Assembly: GCA_023515795.1 (NCBI GenBank)
Contig: JALGPX010000047.1
Span: 62,001 to 89,476, forward strand
Length of the DNA: 27,476 nucleotides
From: Amoeboaphelidium occidentale
Taxonomy: Eukaryota
Reading direction: 5' to 3'
Shown here: positions 20,118 to 27,476 of the stretch, piece by piece
How positions within the stretch are numbered: position 1 is the stretch's first letter
How the letters are laid out: each line of letters opens with the position of its first letter
Translations under genes and position numbers: made by a program
Notes under the pieces: model-generated
Seen by the model: the letters and a program-made list of their open reading frames with translations, nothing else
Told to the model about the DNA's origin: nothing
The model's database searches: none

Positions 20118-20624
20118 ATGTCTGCAGCACGACCAGCTTTACCATTTAAGAATCTTTACACCCACAGGACAGCCTCAAGAGAATCGACGTGCTTCATATG
20201 TGGGAAATTCACAAGCGCTGTCTTTACACACAACGATATCGACTTCTTCTATGTGTGCCTAAATCACATCAAAGATCCTTCATTCTGTAAGCCTGCGAAT
20301 CTTCCATATCAGCCAACTGTACCATCTGCAAAAACATCAGGAGCATGCCAAGTCCCGCCTGGCCCTGTGACACAAGGAGTTGTGGTTATTGATGGACCTG
20401 CACCATCTAAAGACGATAAAGGTAAAGACTCTGGTATCGAAAAGAATAAGTCACCACAAGAAGTAGTGCAACCACAACCTCAGGTTGTATCACAAGCTAA
20501 GGAATATATTCTAGACTCAAAGATATTCATGCTACGGGAACAAGAGTACAGGAAAAAGCAGAGCGCAAAGCAGCTGAAACAAGTTGCTGATTCTATACCA
20601 TCCGTGCCTAGGAACAGATTTTGA
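20118..20624 (+). CDS. VFA1: Vps4-associated protein Vfa1 family (DUF1742/PF08432), 168 aa
   Basis: FKNLYTHR..CFICGKFT.AV..DFFYVCLNHIKDPSFCKP, late Y.LDSKIFMLR and terminal PSVP match the family pattern. ATG at 20118. Confidence 0.88.
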   Translation: MSAARPALPFKNLYTHRTASRESTCFICGKFTSAVFTHNDIDFFYVCLNHIKDPSFCKPANLPYQPTVPSAKTSGACQVPPGPVTQGVVVIDGPAPSKDDKGKDSGIEKNKSPQEVVQPQPQVVSQAKEYILDSKIFMLREQEYRKKQSAKQLKQVADSIPSVPRNRF

Positions 20625-20732
20625 ATAAAGTCTTAATTTGTCTCTGTGATACTTTAAATCTGCGCCACTCAAGAATCGCTTGTTTCATTGATATCAGCTG
20701 AACTCTTGATAAAAAAGATCCTTCTTGTAAGA

Positions 20733-21710
20733 ATGAGTGATATCAACGAGAAGTTAAAGAAAGTTCTGGCAAAGAGCAAGAAGTACAACATTGAAGATAA
20801 GCTTGCTATTATAGCTGCTATTGCAAAGAAGAGCGAGAACACACAGATTCACGATGCGATCAATGATCTAGGGGATGATAGTCCAACTTCTTACATTGAA
20901 ACAGTGTTGAGTATAATTCATCAGGTTGTCAAAGAGAAGGAAAATAAAGCTGCATCAGCAAGCGCTCGTAAGTCTGCTAAATCCTCACCTTCCAAGAGTC
21001 CAAAGAGAGCGGTTCAGCAAGAAGAAAGATATGATGATGATCGTCCATCCAAAGCAAGTCCTTCAAAGAAGAGCAAGAAAAGTCCAATGCCGGATTCAAA
21101 AACAAGAAGAAGCTCTACACCGTCTCCTCGCAAGCCTAAACCTAATCCAGCTTCGTTGTCAGCAGCAGCTTCACCAAGAACTCCAGTTCAATTCAAATTG
21201 CTACCAGAACCAGGAAGGACTTGGTATGTTATGTTGACTGAGAATGCTAACGATGCTGATGATGATGTTCATGGTTCTCGTCGTTCAAGGCGTTTGAAAG
21301 GTCAAGTCAAAATGGATTTGCGCCATGTTAAAGGATTCAAGCCTGACTTTGATAAGACCACTATGAACATGATCAAGGAATTTGCTGTTGATTACTTTGA
21401 TGCGTTATGTAATGGTATTGAGCTGAATGATAAGCCACGCGTCGAATATGAAGAGATATTGACTGCGGGTATCAAGGACGCAGAAGATTTACAGGATTTA
21501 TTATTATCGCTTGATCTTGCTATTCCGTCAGAGTACGTTAATGCTGAGTATGATCGCAACATCTACGAATGCTTCCTAAACACTTACCAGTTCTCTGAAG
21601 CTCTAAAGTATCTGGTTGAAGCAACATTGGCAGAATATTTAGAACCTGAATTCAACAGAGGTTTAAAGAAATACTTGAAAGATTTGGCTACTTATGACTT
21701 TACATGCTGA
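20733..21710 (+). CDS. Hypothetical protein (Ser/Pro/Lys-rich linker, helical C-terminal domain), 325 aa, paralog of 18304..20061
   Basis: Long intact ORF from ATG 20733 with many SP/SPK motifs. C-terminus LLLSLDLAIPSEYV..FSEALKYLVE..EPEF. Confidence 0.8.
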   Translation: MSDINEKLKKVLAKSKKYNIEDKLAIIAAIAKKSENTQIHDAINDLGDDSPTSYIETVLSIIHQVVKEKENKAASASARKSAKSSPSKSPKRAVQQEERYDDDRPSKASPSKKSKKSPMPDSKTRRSSTPSPRKPKPNPASLSAAASPRTPVQFKLLPEPGRTWYVMLTENANDADDDVHGSRRSRRLKGQVKMDLRHVKGFKPDFDKTTMNMIKEFAVDYFDALCNGIELNDKPRVEYEEILTAGIKDAEDLQDLLLSLDLAIPSEYVNAEYDRNIYECFLNTYQFSEALKYLVEATLAEYLEPEFNRGLKKYLKDLATYDFTC

Positions 21711-21746
21711 GCTTGAGCCAAATAGAATGCCAATCTTGTTTGCAAA

Positions 21747-22403
21747 ATGTCTTCGATGCTTCTTCGATCCCTACCAAAAGAGGATCGCTTCTACACAAAA
21801 AACATCATTTTCTCTTTGAATGAACTTTTGTATGCGCTGATATTCTCTTTATATTTGAGTGATAAGAACGCTCTTAGTTTACTGATCCGGCTGATTGTTC
21901 TAATCTCCATAACTCTTTTTGGCTTGAAGGTTCGACGTAACTTTAGAGAGTCGATATTCATAATCTCTTTTGGATTTCTGCTGTCAACGCCGAGGCACAT
22001 TTTGAGTGTTGGGAAATTTGAAATATTTCTGGACTTTGTTGGCTCGAACGATGATGATGTCAGTTGGTCGATGCTCCTGTGGAAGGAATTATCGATTGCG
22101 CTTTGCCAGATTGTGCTCGTTTGGTTGATAGACTTTTATGAGAAACCTTTTGCATTTAATTGCATTGGAACGATGGTATGCGCTCAGCAGGATGATACGA
22201 TAGAGCACCCCTTCTGTGAGATTGTTTCTTCACAGAACGCATATTCTTTAACGCTCAAAGATTTGCGTCTTCGGTTTCAATTGGGATCGCTAAAGTCCAC
22301 TCCGAACCGAGGGGCTGGTAACAATTTCGAAACAAGTGCGACACTTTTTAGAAGAATGCGTCTACTTGGGAGACAGCGACAACAGAATATCCTTCCTATT
22401 TGA
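21747..22403 (+). CDS. Multi-pass membrane protein, DUF1746 (Dsc4/Vld1-like DSC E3 ligase subunit)
   Basis: About four hydrophobic segments with L..LLY....LY..D.....LLIR, H, and IFLDFVG...LLW.EL.I...Q.VL, resembling the DUF1746 pattern (LYYLD..LR; IDFIG; LD..I..LQ). Confidence 0.6.
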   Translation: MSSMLLRSLPKEDRFYTKNIIFSLNELLYALIFSLYLSDKNALSLLIRLIVLISITLFGLKVRRNFRESIFIISFGFLLSTPRHILSVGKFEIFLDFVGSNDDDVSWSMLLWKELSIALCQIVLVWLIDFYEKPFAFNCIGTMVCAQQDDTIEHPFCEIVSSQNAYSLTLKDLRLRFQLGSLKSTPNRGAGNNFETSATLFRRMRLLGRQRQQNILPI

Positions 22404-22438
22404 ACTGTCTATTTATTTCTTACAAAGTTCAGCAGAAA

Positions 22439-23062
22439 CTATTTATGAAATCTGACCTTCTTCTTTGGGTGCTTCTTTAAATATCGATCAGCTGCTTCCT
22501 GTGTTGTGAATACTCTGTTCTTTGCAGAGCCTTTGACTATTGCGTATTTGTTGAGCGGCTTATTCTGAATTGGGGGCGATGGTTTGATGTCGACAGGAAC
22601 AGGTGAAGTAGACTGATGTTCTCTCTGGACAATCTCCGCGTAGTTGTGCTTTAAGTTTCTGCGGTATTCATAAATGATATCCATTCGTTCCTTCTTTTCC
22701 TTCTCCTCTTCGTATTTCCTGGTGTCTTGCTCATCCTCAGAAAGCACGGAGAAGTCTGATTCTACGCTCACATACGCCATTTTGGTCATCGGCTTCCATT
22801 TGTACGGCGTTAATTTGTTCATTCTTCTGGCGAACAGATGCGGTAAAGGATGAGGCTCCTTCTTTCTTGCTTCCACAAAAGTATCAACGCGTAAAACTTT
22901 TGCATTGTACATTGCGCCCAAGTAATTCTTGATATCGATCTTTGTCATAAATCTTGGGAAGCGGAATAGAAGCTGATTATCTCCGGAGACTCTTGGGCGC
23001 AACTTCCATCGCGGTACGACCAGGGCTGCTTTGATATTTGGCAAGTAGAAATTTATGGGCAT
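22439..23062 (-). CDS. MRP20: Mitochondrial ribosomal protein uL23m (MRP20/MRPL23), 207 aa
   Basis: FYLPN..ALV, FRFPRFMTKIDIKNYLGAMYNAKVLRVDT and K.AYV are uL23m signatures. ATG at 23062. Confidence 0.88.
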   Translation of the reverse strand: MPINFYLPNIKAALVVPRWKLRPRVSGDNQLLFRFPRFMTKIDIKNYLGAMYNAKVLRVDTFVEARKKEPHPLPHLFARRMNKLTPYKWKPMTKMAYVSVESDFSVLSEDEQDTRKYEEEKEKKERMDIIYEYRRNLKHNYAEIVQREHQSTSPVPVDIKPSPPIQNKPLNKYAIVKGSAKNRVFTTQEAADRYLKKHPKKKVRFHK

Positions 23063-23091
23063 CTTTTTGATTCTTTGCAAGAAACTAAAAA
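23063..23091. promoter_or_regulatory. 29-bp divergent intergenic spacer between MRP20 and UTP15
   Basis: ATGs lie at 23062 (-) and 23092 (+). Confidence 0.55.
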
Positions 23092-24782
23092 ATGTCGTCG
23101 CATAAGTTGCACCATAAGAAGTACGTTGCGCCTGGCGTTGATACTTCAATTGACGGAGAAAAGGAAGCAGAGACTAGATACTGGAAAAAGTTCAAGACTG
23201 TTGCTCAAATACGCGAACTTGGTCAGATCAATTCCATTAATTTCTCTCCAGCTGCACCACATTTATACGCGGTCGCTGCATCTGCGCGTATTCAGTTGTA
23301 CTCGCCGGAAAGCAATGCGATCCATAAGACCATATCGCGTTTCTCTGATGTAGTTTATGATGCGCGGTTCAGGGATGATGGTCGCTTGATTGTGGCTGGT
23401 GATGGGTCAGGTTTAGTGCAGATATTTGATCTAAAGAGTCGCGCTATTCTTCGTAGTTTTACTGGGCACACCGGTGCAGTGCGTTCCGTTTCGTTTCTTG
23501 GCACGAGCGTATTGAGTGGTGGTAATGATAAGAGTGTTCGTGTGTTTGATATTGCGACTCAAGAGCAGTTATTCTACGGACAGGAGCACGGGGATTATGT
23601 CAAGTATGTTTCTACGTTTCATCAGAATCCGAATCTGTTTATTTCTGCTTCTTATGATCACACAGTTAAACTTTGGGACACTCGCCAGGAGAAGTCTGTC
23701 ATGACATTAAGCCACGAAAATCCTGTTGAGATTGCAGCATTGTTCAGTACAGATTCTGTTTTGGTTACTGCTTCATCGTCTTCTATATTTGTTTGGGACA
23801 TTTTGGGTGGAGCGTCTGGCGGAAAACTTTTGAATGTATCCTCAAACAGTCAAAAGACTTTTACTTCGCTGTGCTTCAACGCAGATTATTCAAGATTATT
23901 GGCAGGTTCGCTTGATCATCAAGTTAAAGTGTACAATGTTAGCAACTACAAAGTTGTTCATACATACAAGTACCAGAATCCAATTACATCTGTTGCTCAT
24001 TCTCCAGATTCTTCACATTTTGTTTGTGGTATGGCTAATGGTGTGTTGAATATCAAAGAGAAGAATTCAGTTACTACTCATGTAACCTCATCATCTGCTG
24101 ATAAGGATTTGTTCACAATCAAGAAGAAGGAATTGCCTGCTACCAGGCACGAGAAGGACATGCTGTCAAAACGCGGTACATTTCAATTTTTTACGAGAGG
24201 TCTACACAAAGAAGCATCTGATGACGACTTTGTCGTGGAACACATGAAGAAGCCTCGTTTGAAGCTGTTTGAGAAGCATCTAAAAGCATTTTCATATAAG
24301 GCTGCGCTAGATACTGTTCTGAATTCAGAAACAAGTCCAGCTGTTGTGTTGGCATTATTCGAAGAACTTATCCGAAGAGGAGATGGATTAAGGATCGCAT
24401 TACAAGGTCGCGCGGAAGAGAGTATAGTTACTTTATTAACTTTTGTGAACAGACACATTCTTAAACCGAAATACACTGAAGTTCTACTGAAAGTTGCAGA
24501 CATGATGATTGAGCTTTACTCCAATGCAGCCAAGGATTATCCAAAGATTGCGGACGAGTTCAAAANNNNNNNNNNNNNNNNNNNAAACCGAAATACACTG
24601 AAGTTCTATTGAAAGTTGCAGACATGATGATTGAGCTTTACTCCAATGCAGCCAAGGATTATCCAAAGATTGCGGACGAGTTCAAAAAGATTTACAAGAA
24701 AGTGTCTCTAGAATGCGATACACACTGCGAATTACAAGCTCTAGTTGGCTCAGTGGAATTGTTACTTAGCGCAGCGAATTAG
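23092..24782 (+). CDS. UTP15: U3 snoRNA-associated protein 15 (WD40 + UTP15 C-terminal domain), ~522 aa after collapsing a 122-bp gap overlap
   Basis: ETRYWKKFK, KTISRFSDVVY..RFRDDGRLIVAGD.SGLVQIFD..SRAILR, WD repeats, and C-terminal F.YKAALD..EELIRRG..LRIALQGR. Reading continues after the N-gap (24566-24584) to TAG at 24780-24782. Confidence 0.95.
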
Positions 24783-24849
24783 ACAAAAGATTAAATCTAT
24801 AAATATAACCGTAGTTCTCGGCCAAGTTTGAGGAGAAAACTTGTTAGAA

Positions 24850-27476
24850 ATGCTCGCAAGAACCATCATATGGTTGCTCCAGATCGTTATTGTGACCAAG
24901 ATCGTAGAAAGTCTTGAGCATGAGAAGAGTTTTCTGTTGATAGATGTCCCATCAGAGGTATACGTCATTGGCAAATTCAGAAACTCCATCTTGCTACCAG
25001 CTCGTAGTGATATAGTCCAGAGGGATATTGAAACTGGAGAAATTATAAGAACATTTAGGGCTCACACAAAACTGGTTGAAGCATTTGTAANACTTTTCTT
25101 CTCAAACTTACTTGAAATGCTTGCGAGAACCATCATATGGTTACTCCAGATCGTCATTGTGAGCAAGATCGCAGTAACTCTTGAGCATGAGAAGAGTTTC
25201 CTGTTGATAGATGGTCCATCTGAGGTATATGTCATTGGCAGATTCAGAAACTCCATCTTGCTACAAGCTAATAGTGATATCGTCCAGAGGGATATTGAAA
25301 CTGGAGAAATTATAAGAACATTTAGGGCTCACACAAAACTGGTTGAAGCATTTGTAATTTTAGATGATGACAGGATGATCAGCTCCGGAGAAGATAACAT
25401 GATAATAGTTTGGGACTTAGTATCAGGTTCTGTTCTTAAGAAGATTTGGCTTGGGTCAACGCCGTCTGGGATAGCGACCATCATAGTCAGGGATAATCAG
25501 CTGTTCGCAGGCGGATACGCGATCAGACAGATAGATTTGACTAGCGGAAGAACCGTACAAACTATAGGTGGAACTTCTTGTTTGAACCTCTGATATTCTA
25601 GATATTGGTATAAGTGTGTCGGCAATGCTACTTGATGAAAACCATTTGTAAGTTGCTACGGAAGGCTTTGGAGGTAAACTAGAGAAGTTCACGATATCAC
25701 CCTGGGGCTTCCAGTTGAGCTTTGTTGGACACACTAATACTGTGACCGCTATTCTTTTGCTCAACGAAAGAATTTATTCCTGTGATAAAGTTGGAGACAT
25801 CTTTGCGTGGANAGACAGATAGATTTGACTAGCGGAAGAACCGTACAAACTATAGGTGGAACTTCTTGTTTGAACCTCTGATATTCTAGATATTGGTATA
25901 AGTGTGTGGGCAATGCTACTTGATGAAAACCATTTGTACGCTGCTACGGAAGGCTTTGGAGGTAAACTAGAGAAGTTCACGATATCACCCTGGGGCTTCC
26001 AGTTGAGCTTTGTTGGACACACTAATACTGTGACCGCTATTCTTTTGCTCAACGAAAGAATTTATTCCTGTGATAAAGTTGGAGACATCTTTGCGTGGAA
26101 CAAAGAAACAGGGGAGAGGATCATGCAATTTTATGGATTTCAGAATATTCCCCGTTTACTTTACAGAGGCGAAAAAACAACGTGAGAGCTTTTGCCGTTT
26201 GGAAGAATTTGCTAATAAGTGGCAGCGATGATGGAAAAATCCGAGTTTATGACAGTACCTCAGGTGATACGTTACCCGTTTTTACTGCTGAAGAACACAA
26301 ATCGTTTACCTCATTTCTTCATGTTCACGAAAATCTCTTGTTTTCTGGAAGAAGTGATAGTTTAATCATGCAATGGAGCTTGGCCAATTTTACATATTTG
26401 AAGACTCTTTACGGTAAGTTTTCCCAATAACCCTTAATCATGAAGGACATCTTGGCCCGGTTTCAGGGATTGACTCCGACAGCACTTTTTTATACTCGGG
26501 TGGATACGATATGGTTGTAAGAAAATGGGATATCTCTAGCGGATCTCAAATCGCTGTGTCCTCACGCCATAATGATTTTATTTCTGCAATTGATGTTACT
26601 GAAGAGCTTGGTTTCTCGGGCTCTGAGGATTCAATATTGAAGATTTGGAACAAAAATAGCATTTTTCAGCTGAGATCAATCGATAGTACGCTCAAAAGCA
26701 AGAATTATTAATTATTTAGCTTTTTACTCGATTAAAGTCATACTTGCTTTTGGTGCATATGTTTCAATTGGTACATCTGGCGGTGTTAAATTAGTTGATA
26801 TTAGTTCTGGGCAACAAATAGTGTACATCAGAGGTAATTATCATCGTTAGCAACTTTATGTCAAGACTTTTCTGGCTGTACAAGCCTGGCACTTGTAGGC
26901 ACCTTTTTAATTACAGGACATGGCGATGGTGCAATCAACTCTCGAGATACTATTACTTTGAGTGTGTTGGGCGTTTTTTCAGGCCATAAATCTATAATTA
27001 CATCTTTGCGTTTCGACGATAGTAACGTCTTGGTTTCATCAAGCATTGATGGCATTATCAAGAAATGGGACATGCGGACACGGAAAGTTGCGTTTTCGTT
27101 TGAAAATAGGAACGGCTCAGTGACATCGTTGACTGCAATAGGAAACAAGTTGATAGTTGGAACATTTATGGGGCGCATCAATATTTTCAGCATCGACTCC
27201 GCAGAACTTGATCATTTCCATGATTATCACCAAAAAGAGGTTTCTATTCTGGTAGTCAAAGATCAGGTTGTTTATTCAAGTGCTATGGATGGCATGGTTG
27301 CTTCTTTTTCACCCCAAAACCACACGAAAGCACAAATTATGCTTGAGTTTCCTGGCGTTCCAGTTTATGACATCATTATGACAGAGAGCCTTCTTTTAGG
27401 GATAAGAAATGGAAATGATATTATTTTAGTTCCACAAAATGGAACTTCCAGCAAAATCAAAACTCTTTCGGTTTTA
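24850..27476 (+). CDS. Signal-peptide-bearing multi-WD40 protein (secreted or receptor ectodomain), multi-exon, 3'-partial, possibly disrupted
   Basis: N-terminus MLARTIIWLLQIVIV followed by many GH...WD/WN repeats. Introns at 25568..25601, 26414..26445, 26686..26719 and 26834..26865 (32-34 nt) restore frame. Overlap duplications occur at N 25091 and 25811. The frame change near 26135-26167 lacks a clear GT donor. Confidence 0.78.

Noticed and set aside
446..26070. Tandem 100-270 bp duplications as biological repeats or internal protein repeats
   Set aside because: Every one abuts an N or N-run, and collapsing them restores single intact reading frames (e.g. UTP15, paralog A), so they are scaffolding overlaps.
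1..27476. CRISPR arrays, tRNA/rRNA genes, prokaryotic operons
   Set aside because: No spaced repeats or structural RNA signatures were seen, and the DNA is intron-containing eukaryotic sequence.

Overview
Very gene-dense eukaryotic DNA in the standard genetic code, with tiny GT-AG introns (28-41 nt) and 29-95 bp divergent intergenic spacers. A full talin next to fungal-type genes (VFA1, DUF1746/Dsc4-like, SVP26) suggests an early-diverging fungus or close relative (aphelid, rozellid or chytrid grade; inference). The assembly is heterozygous: each N-gap is flanked by a near-identical overlap carrying SNPs. Recognisable genes are SVP26/TEX261, an AGC kinase, talin, VFA1, a DUF1746-like membrane protein, mitochondrial uL23 and UTP15, followed by a signal-peptide WD40 gene that runs off the window. 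The most interesting part is an accessory island at about 0.8-9 kb. Two divergently oriented paralogous secreted proteins (signal peptide, Cys-rich pro-region, LxKR Kex2-type site, unknown domain) flank a 4307-bp segment bounded by a 14-bp direct repeat, and both the filled and the empty form of that site are in the assembly. The segment carries a decayed HNH nuclease gene and most of an intact ~871-aa gene. That gene fuses an apparently circularly permuted SF2 helicase (Walker A after motif VI) to an RRP8-like SAM methyltransferase, making it a candidate undescribed nucleic-acid modification or conflict enzyme.
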